Source: Eutreptiella sp. 'Long Island Sound 2002'
Taxonomy: Eukaryota > Protista > Euglenida
NCBI GenBank assembly: GCA_964036045.1
Contig: OZ038379.1
Coordinates: 19,344,001-19,408,000 of the forward strand
DNA: 64,000 bases
Direction of reading: 5' to 3'
Shown here: in pieces, positions 36,854 to 51,400 of the stretch
Numbering within the stretch: position 1 is the stretch's first letter
Layout: each line of letters begins with the position of its first letter
Position numbers and translations under genes: made by a program
Notes under the pieces: model-generated
Seen by the model: the letters and a program-made list of their open reading frames with translations, nothing else
What the model was told of the DNA's origin: nothing
Database searches by the model: none

Positions 36854-39800
36854 TTTCAAACATCCTCCATTTCCGGCAATTGGGTTACTGTTTTTGGTGG
36901 TCACCGAAGAGGAAAAATGGGAGGAATCCGCACTGTGTGTTGCATTCGCTACCACAATGTCCTATCGGACAATCATAGCAGTGGACAGCTTGAAGTTTGA
37001 TTCCCAGAGTTGCGTATAGGGGTCCACAGAGCGGGAAGGAGGCAATTTGGCGACATAACCCCTACCATATCCGGGACGAGCAGAGGTTATGAGACCATTT
37101 CCTTGTTCTACCTTTTGACTCTCCCAGGCATGCCCCAACTTGTACCCGAGCATCGGGGGGTGCATCAGTTCCCTTGCGTTGGAATATTGAAGTATCATCT
37201 CTGTCCCGGCGACAGGTGCAACAAGCACCCAGAATGCAAGAAATCCAATCACACGTGTTTTGCAAACTTTTGTGCAGCGGCGACCACTGCCCTAGCCTCA
37301 TGCCTTTTGTGCAGTTGGAACCACAGCCCCAACCAAACCCCTTTTGTACAGCGACAACTGCGTTCCTCAGCACCTCCTTTTGTGCAACTACAGCCGTAGC
37401 AGGGTTTGATGATGGCCCGGTTGGTGTGGATGCAGTGATATGGCCATAGAATGCACTGCCATATATTTCTGAATGCAACCGTGTGTTCGCATGGGGTTTT
37501 GCGTGGGGGCCCTCAAATCCGGCATAATTCATTGCCATGGAATCAGGTCTTTTTCCCCTGCTCTCTTAATATGGCAGACACTAGTGCTCCTCACGTGGTT
37601 GTTGATAATGTTGTTGCTGATGGACTTGACACCATGCATCTTCTAGCCATGAATGCGGGTACCAGGCTCAAGTATGATCATTTTGCTTGGTTTGCATGCC
37701 CCTTGCCCACTTTTGGGCACATTCTGGCTTTCAGCTTCCAGCTCTACATTCAGCCCAAGTTTGAATTCTACCCCAAATCTAATTGTGAGCCCTAGAATTC
37801 TGATTTTAGCCCTCAACATACCAACACTTTGAAATCCTAAACAACCCTAAACAGCCGTGACTAGCCCTCCTCAAACCCGATGGACGTCCAAATACTGCTC
37901 CACAAGCCTCAACAATACTAAATAAGCCTCCACAACCCTCAGCGATTAGACCAGCACTGGTCTTCTGCCCAGATTCCACCTTCGTTCGCTGAGATACAAC
38001 CAAGATGGATCCAACCAAGGTGATAAGGATCCGCGGGCCCAACGTGAGCAATATTTCAAGTCCAAGTCTCGTGGATCAACCAACAAGTGGGCGAGGCCCG
38101 CTCCCGTTCCCAAGCCCAATCTCAGTCCCATTGCCAGTCCAAGTCTCGTCGAGGCCTAACAAACAAAAGCATTTGGGGCATGCTTACGGCGGCAAAAGTG
38201 CTTCCCATAACCTTGAGAGGTGAACGTACGCTCAAGGTCCACACAACGCAGGCAGCCGCCGATGCCAAGAGACAGGTTGGCAACCAAGCGCCGCTCGACC
38301 AGATGTGTAATGAACAGGTTTGGGGGCTGTTGCCGTTCTTGTCATGCTGGAGCTATCTCTTTTGCACAGGTTTGCTCCCTTTGCCAGGCCAAGGCATGGT
38401 GTTTGTGAATATTGATTTTGCATGTGTGAGGGATCATGTAGGGCAAAAATTTGTGATATTGATTTTGACGGGAGAAAACTACATGACACAATTTGTAGTG
38501 TAACCGGCCCCCCCCCTCTGCAAGTGAGAATCCTGAATGGATAGCGGGGCTGTTGCATGTTTGATGAGGGGAAAACGTTAACAAGGGACTGTGGCACGCT
38601 GAATCCCCTCTTTGCCAAATGTGGTTGGCTTTATCCAGAACCTTTTCTTGTTTTGTTGTGCCAACGAGGTTCAGGTGCATTGGCATTGGAGGGGGGCGAA
38701 GTAGAAAGTGCAAGTTACGAAGCACAACAGGAGTCAGAAACCGAAATGGAGCACTGCTACGTAAGAGTCCCCATGCCACCGGATGCCCTCAGTCCCCACT
38801 CCCTTCACTTTCCAGGGCACTAAATTTTCCCTTGTCTTTATTCACCCACAACATACCATGTTTGCATATGGCCCTTTTTCAGGCCTTGCTACTCCAGTTA
38901 GTAGCCCAAAGCTCGTGCCAACAGCCCCACCAGGTGTCTGAATTCACACCTGCATCTCGGTCCTCCCTCCCTCACACGGCACGCTGCTCAGAAGTTTGAT
39001 GTCAAGAGGCATTCTGTACAGCAAGGAGAGCGTGGATGGCGGGAAGAACTCAAGAGGGGAGCGATGGGGAGTTTTATGAGGCTCCATGAGGTACCAGAAG
39101 GACACCGCAGTGTGCATACGGGTCTGGCAAAGCATGTCCAGACACGGATTGGCGGACCTGCATTGGGATTGGCAGTAGGCCGGGACATGCATGGACATGC
39201 ACTGGCATGCACGATTTTTACTCTTGACATGCCTGGAAAAAATGGATTTGTGAGCACATGGTTGTCACTCTTGGATAGCTTGATGCTGACCCATAATTGT
39301 TCACTTGCGTGTGCCTTAGGGTGATCTAGCAGTGGCATTGTGTCTAGTAAGTCAGTTCTAAGCATGTCTCCCAAGTAGGGTGCTGGGGAAACTCCCTGCT
39401 TGAACAGAGCCCTATTGAGCACTTTGAAAGCTCTTGTCATGATGTGCTCAGATGCAAATCAAGGATGCTTAGATGCAAAGCATGCAACAGCCCCACCAGG
39501 TGTCTGAATTCACACCTGCATCTCGGTCCTCCCTCCCTCACACGGCACGCTGCTCAGAAGTTTGATGTCAAGAGGCATTCTGTACAGCAAGGAGAGCGTG
39601 GATGGCGGGAAGGACTCAAGAGGGGAGCGATGGGGAGTTTTATGAGGCTCCATGAGGTACCAGAAGGACACCGCAGTGTGCATACGGGTCTGGCAAAGCA
39701 TGTCCAGACACGGATTGGCGGACCTGCATTGGGATTGGCAGTAGGCCGGGACATGCATGGACATGCACTGGCATGCACGATTTTTACTCTTGACATGCCT

Positions 39801-41533
39801 GGAAAAAATGGATTTGTGAGCACATGGTTGTCACTCTTGGATAGCTTGATGCTGACCCATAATTGTTCACTTGCGTGTGCCTTAGGGTGATCTAGCAGTG
39901 GCATTGTGTCTAGTAAGTCAGTTCTAAGCATGTCTCCCAAGTAGGGTGCTGGGGAAACTCCCTGCTTGAACAGAGCCCTATTGAGCACTTTGAAAGCTCT
40001 TGTCATGATGTGCTCGGATGCAAGTCAAGGATGCTTAGATGCAAAGCATGCAAGTGAAGATCGATGGGTTGGAAAAGCAGATTACCGAGTTGAAGCGAAA
40101 ATCAGCAGCATCATCAGATTCCGAGGTATGTACTGGAAGGACAAATCTTTGGGTTGCTGGAATGTGGAATGTTGTGGTAGGAGTGTGCACTGCATGGTGT
40201 GTGTAGCAGGGATGGATTTGGCAGCTACTGTTCTTATGGGTGGGCCTCGTGTTCATCAGGGGGCGAGAGGGTAATAGAAATGGACCGCGAATAGATTTGG
40301 GAAGCATTGTGAATTCTTGCAAGGGCCGATGGCTGGAGTATTGGGGCAGACTAATGGCCGTGGTAGGAGCAGCCGGGGCCAACAAGGACTGTATGCAAGC
40401 ATGGCATGAAATGTGTGAATAAACACATGTGCAAGTACAACCACGTGGGAAGTGAAGGGAGTGGGGGCCCCAGTTGGTATGAGGACACAGCACGCGGCCC
40501 GGCACAGGTGTTGTGTTGAGAGGCATCCAGCATGCAAAGTGGGTGTGGACAACGGTAAGGAAAAGGAGGAAGAGCAACAGAGAAGTTTACACAGCTCCAT
40601 GAGGTACCAGAACGACACCAGAGTGTGTATGGGGGGCGGTGTCTGCCTGGGCTTTTGGATAATGAAATGACGATTATGAAATTCCTTTTTGTGTCTTTTG
40701 AGGAGGGGCGAATTCGAGGGCCACATGCGAGCGCCAAAGGGGTACAAAATGGCCAAAAATGCAGTCAATTCTTTCCTCAAAAGCCTCCGTTGCTTTCTTT
40801 CCCACTCCCTCTCCCCGCCCCCTGCCGCTGGTCCACTCTCTCTTTGCCGTGCTAGATGCCTCTCGACTTTGAAATGCGTTAGGACCAACAAAACTTTTGA
40901 CCCCAACCATATACATCTCCTTGTTTGTTGTATTCTGGTGCTTGATTTGGTGGGTCTCTTGGCGGGGGGTAGTTTGTACGGAATGGGCTATGCAGAGTCC
41001 TGTGAAAGCGCTTGTGGGAAAGACGCCCTGTCAATGCATGCTAGGGTGCCATATCGTACCAGGGTCCATGAAATAAGGATACGCAGCGCAAAGGGTATCA
41101 TTAGGGCATCGTGCAAATCCAAGGGTGAGGGCTAGGCGGGCCTTGAGCCCCCGTTTGGACCTCCTCCTCCCCCACCCCCTTTCTCAGGGAGCCCCAAAAC
41201 CCCAGGCCCCCCCCATCCCCTTTTGGCAATTGGATTTGCCAGTGCCTCAGCCCTCAGAAGACGGCAATGTCTTATGTTGAGGGCATCCATTGGACCATTT
41301 TGGTTGTTATGAAATCAAATCAAATCAAAAAATCTTGCATCTCATCTTTCGAAATGTTGACACTTCTTGACAGGCTTTAAAATCAGGTTACCTCAAATTA
41401 TTGCACTTCCTCAGCTCCTTGCACGGTTTCCGGATGGGATTGAGTTGTCATCCGGGAACGAGGACTCTTTGCCATGATATCCCTTGCAACCTAATTTGCC
41501 AACCTAATTTGCACTCCGTGTTTTCTGTCTCAG

Positions 41534-42162
41534 GTTCCTTCGCAACGGCAAAAAGCTCGTAAGACACCGGAGGGTTTCAAATGGACGTGTGTGTTGGTGC
41601 CTGAGGATTTTGACAACGCTGAAGGCAATAATGGAGGAAATAGCAGCGAGGGTTGTAGCGGTGGCACTAGTGCTGGCAGTGGCAGTGGCAGTGCTGGTGG
41701 CTGTGGCGGTGGCAGTGGCGGTGGGGGTGCAGACAATAGTGCTAGTTGTGGCACTGGCGTCAGTGATAGTGCCCGTGCAAACAACAGTAGCAATACTAGG
41801 GGTAATCGCCAAGACAACAACAGTGGCTGTGATATTGGCAACAATGGTAGTTATATTGGTCGCAATATTGGCAATGCGGATCGCACAATGTTCCCCACGC
41901 CCATGGGGTATCGGCACCGAGTATTGATATTAACATTATGTATTCTCTCCCCGTGGCATCTAGTGAACCCGAGGTTGGTAAAACGATGCCAAGGAGTTAC
42001 ACGGCACCAAGAACGGAGCCATTTTCCCGTCATCAGCCGGCATTTTTCAATGAGTCAACACCGGTTTACATGGACACAGATAGGTGGGATCCAAATGCAT
42101 CTTCGTGCAAGCAGCCGGCATTTTTCTTCAGCAGTGTAGGTAGCTACCAACCGCGCATGTAG
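41534..42162 (+). pseudogene. Exon A, copy 3 (1-bp deletion frameshift)
   Basis: GATCGCACAATG versus GATCGTCACAATG in copies 1 and 2. Confidence 0.6.
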
Positions 42163-45100
42163 TGGTTGTGCTAGTCCTAATCCAGCAGAGCAGGTGTTTG
42201 AGTTTCCAAGATTTGACGATAGACTGAGCTCAATAGTTGCATATTTGATGAAGGTTGCTGGAGATAAGCTCAACAGTTGTAGCTGTGTTTCATTAGGGAG
42301 AATTCCAGGGTGATTTTTTTGTGAAGGGGCAAGGTAGGAGTTACATTGGCAGGCATGCTGTGGAATTCTGATGCAGGCATTCCCAAGGTGGAAAGATGGA
42401 AGTCCAAAAAGGGCGGGGAGAGGGGGGCATAAGGGAGATGGTTGTTTTGGATATTGCAATGTATCAGCTGCTGTGAAGTTTTTGGCTTTATGGATCTCAA
42501 ATGCGATGCTTTGGGGTCCCCCGCATCCGCCTCCCCCGGTGGACTCCTCCACCTCCCTATGCCCTCTCCCCTGACCTAATTTCCGTTTGTCTTTCTATCA
42601 ATCATTCAATCTGTCAATCTGATGAAGTCTCACCCCCTCCCCTGACCCCGAGGGCTCAGTTTGGACCCCCTTGGCAAACCACCTACGTTGTTAGCGTCAA
42701 GCATTTCAACGGCTCCGTCCCCCTCCGCCCCCTGCATTTTTCACTCCACATGTGGACATCTAAGTTTCTGTTTCTTCTCAGTCTCATCGTTCTTATGAAT
42801 TTCACGGTTTTCTGGGCATTGCATTGCGAGCTTGGATCCTCCTCTTTCTTTTCTATTCTCAGTTCAGTCGGCATTTACATTTTGGGTTTGACTATTGGTG
42901 GTGTTGTATTTGATCCTCAGTGTGCAATCATATTGATGACAACAGAGACATTGCAGCATTGAAAGTTCGACGACCATTTATTATCTATGTTTCAGAGAAT
43001 TTAGTGCATGTGCGCAAACTATATTGTGCACCGCTCGAGTGCGGTGGACAGCCGCTGCTGAGGACCCCCCCAATGGGCGACACGAGCAACAAACACGCCA
43101 GGCTACCCCGCAAAGGGTCTGTGGACCGTGGCCAGCACTAGTGGAGTCCTCGGCAAACCCCACTTCAGTAAGCTCAAGTGCGGCAAAACCGCCCGCCCAA
43201 GCAAGAGATCCTCGCTCATTGCAAGGGGGCCAAAGCACACTTTCTTTAAGTGTGTACTTATCCCGTCTCGCAATAGAAAGATGCCTTTGGAACATGTACC
43301 ATTGGCAGTCTTTCTTCTGCAAACGCTTGCTGCCGTCGCTCCTTTGAGTGCGTTAGTCGCTGTGCAGCAATCCCACGGGAGCTTTTTGGGCAAGCTTGAG
43401 GTTTGTGATGGTTGATTTTCCACAGAAGAATTTTCTCCTTGCAAAGAAGTACCATGTTGGGGACCATGGCGTGCAGATACACTGTAAAGTGTGGTGTACC
43501 GCTTGATGGAAATCACACACCTAGATTTTGTACCAGAGAAACAGCTACATTGGTGCAACCCCTGCGAAGAAAAAGGCGCCGATTGGTCTGCTCCGGTGGT
43601 GTTGTGGTGCCTCCAGGAAGCATCCAAATCCTGCGAATTCATATTAGGAAACGGTGTGAAATGTTCTTATCTTAGACAGCAAGATGTGGGCTATAGGACA
43701 AGTGCAAATCCACCAAGACTTTTCAAATGGCGATTAGACCAAAGTGTGTTGCCTTGCCGGGGGGGGGGGGGGAAGGTGCCCAGTAATCATTCCTTCTTGC
43801 ACGCCTAGCTTTACTGACATTTATTTCTTGTGTCACAGGCTCCTTCACAAGGCCTCAAAGCCCGCAAGACAAGGGAGGGCTACATCTGGGTGGAGGTACC
43901 CATGCAAGACGTCATTGCTGCACTGCCTGATGCCACGAGGAACACCAGTAACAGTGGCAGCGACGATGTTGGTGGTGGTTGCAGCACCGGCGATGTAGCC
44001 GGCAGTGCGGGTGGGGGTTGCAGTGTGAGCGAGACCGGTGGGGTTATGGCTGGTACGGCAGATGGTGCTGCAGGTGGTACAGGAGGTGAGAGTGGCAGTG
44101 TGATGGGTAGCAATGGTAGTGCAAGTGGCAATGGCAGTGTAAGCGGCAGCAGTGGCGATGTGGCTGGTATTGTAAGGGGCAATGGCAGTGCACGGGGCAG
44201 CACTGGCGACTGGCTGGTAGCACGAGTGGGAGCGGTTACGGTAGCAGTAAAGGCAGTGTGAGCAGCATGAGCACCGATATGAAGGATATCATCACGACAG
44301 GCAGAAGTGGCGGTATTGTCCGCCCAAGTGTTGACATAAACAATATATATGCTATCCCGACAGTGATCAGCGTTCCGTATTGTGGCAAGTCTCCTGCCCG
44401 GTGGTATTCTGTAAGAAGGCCAAATGATCCCTACAATCCGTCTCGGCCGGCCTTTTACAATGACTGGTCAACACCAACCCTCATGGACATGGATCAGTGT
44501 GACCCGAATGCTATGGCACTCTAGGGCATTGGTCAAGCATGTGGCCAAGAAGGTATTGCAAACGCAACATTGAAGTGAAGGGTGCGTGGGGGGTAACGTG
44601 ATTGGGGAGCAGTTCGTCCACCATTTGGCCATGTGAGCTTTGTGATGATCCATGCCATCCTACATCCCACCGACAGAGCAACACACATCCATGCCATCAG
44701 CCATCCGTTGGGTTGGCTGTTCAATAGGGGCACCAACGCACCATTTCAAAATTGTGTGGGCATTGTCTCATTTGTGGACCGCGAGGTCAAAGGCCCTGCA
44801 GGACGATAGAAAATCCAAAATTTTCACTACGCGAGGCCTGCCCCAGATTCTGGAAGTGGTCACCAGCCACCAAGATACCAGGGATTGAGTCGAAATGCAA
44901 TGCACGTGCGGGCAAAATACCATTGAAACGGCTGTTATGGACAGCCACTGGCTAGTTTATGGGGAGCCCGGTTCGAATCTGCGGATCGAACGCGCCCCCA
45001 TCCGATTTTCCATTTTTGGGCGCAGGTATTTTTTACTGTGGAGTGCAAACACAACGGAGATGGTCTACTGGATCTGAAGTAAATTGCGGCAGCACAGTGT

Positions 45101-46199
45101 GGTGTCTCTCGTCTAAACTAGTGATCATGTGCTGCCAGGCCTGTTTCAGTCTGGTGATCTACAACAGAAATTCAGAATCAAAGAACACAGGCAAAAACTG
45201 ATGGCAAACTTTGACGAAGAGCAGAAGTGAGATGCCCAGCTGGCAGATGGCGCGCGTGTCAATCAGTGCAGCACAAAAATTAGTGAGGACATTGCATTTG
45301 CATGGCAATGCACCAAATTGAATGAGGCTAATTGGTGATTCTTTCAAGAAAACTGGTCATTTCGTTTTGTTGCAGCTGAGGGTATCCTTTCACGCATGCT
45401 TTGTTGGCTCAGTGATCTGCCACGTGAGCCACCCTTGTGCACCCCCACAAGCGCCTGTTCTGGGTTTAACTCATCCCTGATGACTTTCCTAAGGCCTTGG
45501 GGTTGCATATTGCAATGCAGTTTGCACGGGAAACAAGATAATGCGAAGGCGGTGTCCAATTTTCAAACCAGGTCTATGTTTTGGCAAATGAGGCTGGGAT
45601 TGCTCCACCTTGACAGTCACAGTCACACGAGCCGGCACAGCACACTACACAAGAGCTAGAGGGGCTCAGAGATGTCAGAGGCAGACGGAGACACACAAGG
45701 AGAGGCTGCCGAATGGCGTACACTAGTGGCAGATTGTACCCGGAGAAAAGAACTGCTCTGTGAATGCATGTCGTGGAGGCGGCTCATGATAGAAGGCTAT
45801 CTAGAATCGACGATGCGCTGTTGTATCCAGTTTTCGTTGCGAATACTCTTCCCAGTAGAAAAGGGCTTGAGGTCATAGAACACTGGACAATGCGCATCGT
45901 GAAGCATCTGCGGGCTTGCTACATGGAATAGTCGGAGGGAACGTTGGTTGCAAAGGGTTTTTGGGATGGATGGGGCATGGGGTTGATTTTAGGGAAGGTT
46001 GCGAAAAGCTGTGCTGGCTACGCCCATGCCGTGGAGGCTGTGTGGGGATCACTGGATCACTCGCTGTTCGCTAGTGCCATTGGACGTGACCTCACTTGTC
46101 TCAATATCCTCGGGACCGGGCCATCCCTACCTCCGAAACAGAAACGCGTACGCAGAGTCCTCGTCCAAGCGGGCCTCCCCCCGACCAGATTTTTCAAAC

Positions 46200-46789
46200 C
46201 ACGGGGGGGGCGGCCAGGCCCGGTCCTTGTATGCAACCCCCCCCCCCCCCCGTCCCCCTCCCCCAGGTTTTGAAAAATAGTGGTGCCGGCTCAGCCACCA
46301 ACAAGTGTCTCTAGAGAAAACTGTCCGGCGCCGAAGGCGCCAAAGTTTTTTTTCTTACTACATGTTTATACTCAAAATACTCAAAATTTTTTAGAGAATT
46401 CATATTTGTGTTAAAACAACAAGAAGGAGGGCTACGGGAGGGCTACAGGCCCTAACAGCAACCAGAACCCTAGCCCCAACCCTAGCCCTAGCCCTAACCC
46501 TAACACTAACCCTAACCCTAGGGCTAACCCTAACCCTAACCCTAACCCGAGCCCTAACCCCAACCCCTCCCCCCTCACCCCTGGCTGGATGCCCCCATGA
46601 CCCCCGGCTAGACCCCCCCCGACCCCCTGCCAGACCCCCCCCCCCCCCCCGGACCCCCGGCCAGACCCCCCCCACCCCCGGGAGGAACCCCCCTCGCCCC
46701 CAACTGCCCCTCCCCCCCCCCCCAGGTTTTGAAAGATAGTTGGGGGGTGGGTCGCATCAGGTGCGGTTGTAGTCGCCCCCCCCCCCGTG
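46200..46789. mobile_element. TIR element, copy 3 (590 bp)
   Basis: Same TIRs; TTTCAAAC at 46192-46199 and 46790-46797. Confidence 0.8.
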
Positions 46790-48427
46790 TTTCAAACATC
46801 CTCCATTTCCGGCAATTGGGTTACTGTTTTTGGTGGTCAACGAAGAGGAAAAATGGGAGGAATCCGCACTGTGTGTTGCATTCGCTACCACAATGTCCTA
46901 TCGGACAATCATAGCAGTGGACAGCTTGAAGTTTGATTCCCAGAGTTGCGTATAGGGGTCCACAGAGCGGGAAGGAGGCAATTTGGCGACATAACCCCTA
47001 CCATATCCGGGACGAGCAGAGGTTATGAGACCATTTCCTTGTTCTACCTTTTGACTCTCCCAGGCATGCCCCAACTTGTACCCGAGCATCGGGGGGTGCA
47101 TCAGTTCCCTTGCGTTGGAATATTGAAGTATCATCTCTGTCCCGGCGACAGGTGCAACAAGCACCCAGAATGCAAGAAATCCAATCACACGTGTTTTGCA
47201 AACTTTTGTGCAGCGGCGACCACTGCCCTAGCCTCATGCCTTTTGTGCAGTTGGAACCACAGCCCCAACCAAACCCCTTTTGTACAGCGACAACTGCGTT
47301 CCTCAGCACCTCCTTTTGTGCAACTACAGCCGTAGCAGGGTTTGATGATGGCCCGGTTGGTGTGGATGCAGTGATATGGCCATAGAATGCACTGCCATAT
47401 ATTTCTGAATGCAACCGTGTGTTCGCATGGGGTTTTGCGTGGGGGCCCTCAAATCCGGCATAATTCATTGCCATGGAATCAGGTCTTTTTCCCCTGCTCT
47501 CTTAATATGGCAGACACTAGTGCTCCTCACGTGGTTGTTGATAATGTTGTTGCTGATGGACTTGACACCATGCATCTTCTAGCCATGAATGCGGGTACCA
47601 GGCTCAAGTGTGATCATTTTGCTTGGTTTGCATGCCCCTTGCCCACTTTTGGGCACATTCTGGCTTTCAGCTTCCAGCTCTACATTCAGCCCAAGTTTGA
47701 ATTCTACCCCAAATCTAATTGTGAGCCCTAGAATTCTGATTTTAGCCCTCAACATACCAACACTTTGAAATCCTAAACAACCCTAAACAGCCGTGACTAG
47801 CCCTCCTCAAACCCGATGGACGTCCAAATACTGCTCCACAAGCCTCAACAATACTAAATAAGCCTCCACAACCCTCAGCGATTAGACCAGCACTGATCTT
47901 CTGCCCAGATTCCACCTTCGTTCGCTGAGATACAACCAAGATGGATCCAACCAAGGTGATAAGGATCCGCGGGCCCAACGTGAGCAATATTTCAAGTCCA
48001 AGTCTCGTGGATCAACCAACAAGTGGGCGAGGCCCGCTCCCGTTCCCAAGCCCAATCCCAGTCCCATTGCCAGTCCAAGTCTCGTCGAGGCCTAACAAAC
48101 AAAAGCATTTGGGGCATGCTTACGGCGGCAAAAGTGCTTCCCATAACCTTGAGAGGTGAACGTACGCTCAAGGTCCACACAACGCAAGCAGCCGCCGATG
48201 CCAAGAGACAGGTTGGCAACCAAGCGCCGCTCGACCAGATGTGTAATGAACAGGTTTGGGGGCTGTTGCCGTTCTTGTCATGCTGGAGCTATCTCTTTTG
48301 CACAGGTTTGCTCCCTTTGCCAGGCCAAGGCATGGTGTTTGTGAATATTGATTTTGCATGTGTGAGGGGTCATGTAGGGCAAAAATTTGTGATATTGATT
48401 TTGACGGGAGAAAACTACATGACACAA

Positions 48428-51400
48428 TTTGTAGTGTAACCACCCCCCCCCCTCTGCAAGTGAGAATCCTGAATGGATAGCGGGGCTGTTGCATGTTTGA
48501 TGAGGGGAAAACGTTCACAAGGGACTGTGGCACGCTGAATCCCCTCTTTGCCAAATGTGGTTGGCTTTATCCAGAACCTTTTCTTGTTTTGTTGTGCCAA
48601 CGAGGTTCAGGTGCATTGGCATTGGAGGGGGGCGAAGTAGAAAGTGCAAGTTACGAAGCACAACAGGAGTCAGAAACCGAAATGGAGCACTGCTACGTAA
48701 GAGTCCCCATGCCACCGGATGCCCTCAGTCCCCACTCCCTTCACTTTCCAGGGCACTAAATTTTCCCTTGTCTTTATTCACCCACAACATACCATGTTTG
48801 CATATGGCCCTTTTTCAGGCCTTGCTACTCCAGTTAGTAGCCCAAAGCTCGTGCCAACAGCCCCACCAGGTGTCTGAATTCACACCTGCATCTCGGTCCT
48901 CCCTCCCTCACACGGCACGCTGCTCAGAAGTTTGATGTCAAGAGGCATTCTGTACAGCAAGGAGAGCGTGGATGGCGGGAAGGACTCAAGAGGGGAGCGA
49001 TGGGGAGTTTTATGAGGCTCCATGAGGTACCAGAAGGACACCGCAGTGTGCATACGGGTCTGGCAAAGCATGTCCAGACACGGATTGGCGGACCTGCATT
49101 GGGATTGGCAGTAGGCCGGGACATGCATGGACATGCACTGGCATGCACGATTTTTACTCTTGACATGCCTGGAAAAAATGGATTTGTGAGCACATGGTTG
49201 TCACTCTTGGATAGCTTGATGCTGACCCATAATTGTTCACTTGCGTGTGCCTTAGGGTGATCTAGCAGTGGCATTGTGTCTAGTAAGTCAGTTCTAAGCA
49301 TGTCTCCCAAGTAGGGTGCTGGGGAAACTCCCTGCTTGAACAGAGCCCTATTGAGCACTTTGAAAGCTCTTGTCATGATGTGCTCGGATGCAAGTCAAGG
49401 ATGCTTAGATGCAAAGCATGCAAGTGAAGATCGATGGGTTGGAAAAGCAGATTACCGAGTTGAAGCGAAAATCAGCAGCATCATCAGATTCCGAGGTATG
49501 TACTGGAAGGACAAATCTTTGGGTTGCTGGAATGTGGAATGTTGTGGTAGGAGTGTGCACTGCATGGTGTGTGTAGCAGGGATGGATTTGGCAGCTACTG
49601 TTCTTATGGGCGGGCCTCGTGTTCATCAGGGGGCGAGAGGGTAATAGAAATGGACCGCGAATAGATTTGGGAAGCATTGCGAATTCTTGCAAGGGCCGAT
49701 GGCTGGAGTATTGGGGCAAACTAATGGCCGTGGTAGGAGCAGCCGGGGCCAACAAGGACTGTATGCAAGCATGGCATGAAATGTGTGAATAAACACATGT
49801 GCAAGTACAACCACCTGGGAAGTGAAGGGAGTGGGGGCCCCAGTTGGTATGAGGACACAGCACGCGGCCCGGCACAGGTGTTGTGTTGAGAGGCATCCAG
49901 CATGCAAAGTGGGTGTGGACAACGGTAAGGAAAAGGAGGAAGAGCAACAGAGAAGTTTGCACAGCTCCATGAGGTACCAGAACGACACCAAAGTGTGTAT
50001 GGGGGGCGGTGTCTGCCTGGGCCTTTGGATAATGAAATGACGTTTATGAAATTCCTTTTTGTCTCTTTTGAGGAGGGGCGAATTCGAGGGCCACATGCGA
50101 GCGCCAAAGGGGTACAAAATGGCCAAAAATGCAGTCAATTCTTTCCTCAAAAGCCTCCGTTGCTTTCTTTCCCACTCCCTCTCCCCGCCCCCTGCCGCTG
50201 GTCCACTCTCTCTTTGCCGTGCTAGATGCCTCTCGACTTTGAAATGCGTTAGGACCAACAAAATTTTTGACCCCAACCATATACATCTCCTTGTTTGTTG
50301 TATTCTGGTGCTTGATTTGGTGGGTCTCTTGGCGGGGGGTAGTTTGTACGGAATGGGCTATGCAGAGTCCTGTGAAAGCGCTTGTGGGAAAGACGCCCTG
50401 TCAATGCATGCTAGGGTGCCATATCGTACCAGGGTCCATGAAATAAGGATACGGAGCGCAAAGGGTACCATTAGGGCATCGTGCAAATCCAAGGGTGAGG
50501 GCTAGGCGGGCCTTGAGCCCCCGTTTGGACCTCCTCCCCCCCCCCTTTCTCAGGGAGCCCCAAAGCCCCAGGCCCCCCCCATCCCCTTTTGGCAATTGGA
50601 TTTGCCAGTGCCTCAGCCCTCAGAAGACGGCAATGTCTTATGTTGAGGGCATCCATTGGACCATTTGGGTTGTTATGAAATCAAATCAAATCAAAAAATC
50701 TTGCATCTCATCTTTCGAAATGTTGACACTTCTTGACAGGCTTTAAAATCAGGTTACCTCAAATTATTGCACTTCCTCAGCTCCTTGCACGGTTTCCGGA
50801 TGGGATTGAGTTGTCATCCGGGAACGAGGACTCTTTGCCATGATATCCCTTGCAACGTAATTTGCCAACCTAATTTGCACACTGTGTTTTCTGTCTCAGG
50901 TTCCTTCGCAACGGCAAAAAGCTCGTAAGACACCGGAGGGTTTCAAATGGACGTGTGTGTTGGTGCCTGAGGATTTTGACAACGCTGAAGGCAATAATGG
51001 AGAAAATAGCAGCGAGGGTTGTAGCGGTGGCACTAGTGCTGGCAGTGGCAGTGGCAGTGCTGGTGGCTGTGGCGGTGGTAGTGGCGGTGGGGGTGCAGAC
51101 AATAGTGCTAGTTGTGGCACTGGCGTCAGTGATAGTGGCCGTGCAAACAACAGTAGCAATACTAGGGGTAATCGCCAAGACAACAACAGTGGCTGTGATA
51201 TTGGCAACAATGGTAGTTATATTGGTCGCAATATTGGCAATGCGGATCGCACAATGTTCCCCACGCCCATGGGGTATCGGCACCGAGTATTGATATTAAC
51301 ATTATGTATTCTCTCCCCGTGGCATCTAGTGAACCCGAGGTTGGTAAAACGATGCCAAGGAGTTACACGGCACCAAGAATGGAGCCATTTTCCCGTCATC

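Larger units (their letters stand above)
29119..38491. repeat. ~9.37-kb tandem macro-repeat, copy 2
   Basis: Near-identical to copy 1, with scattered SNPs and homopolymer length changes. Confidence 0.97.
38492..48427. repeat. Macro-repeat copy 3 (9.94 kb, contains a 566-bp internal tandem duplication)
   Basis: Same content as copy 2 plus the duplicated block 38919-39484 / 39485-40050. Confidence 0.97.
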
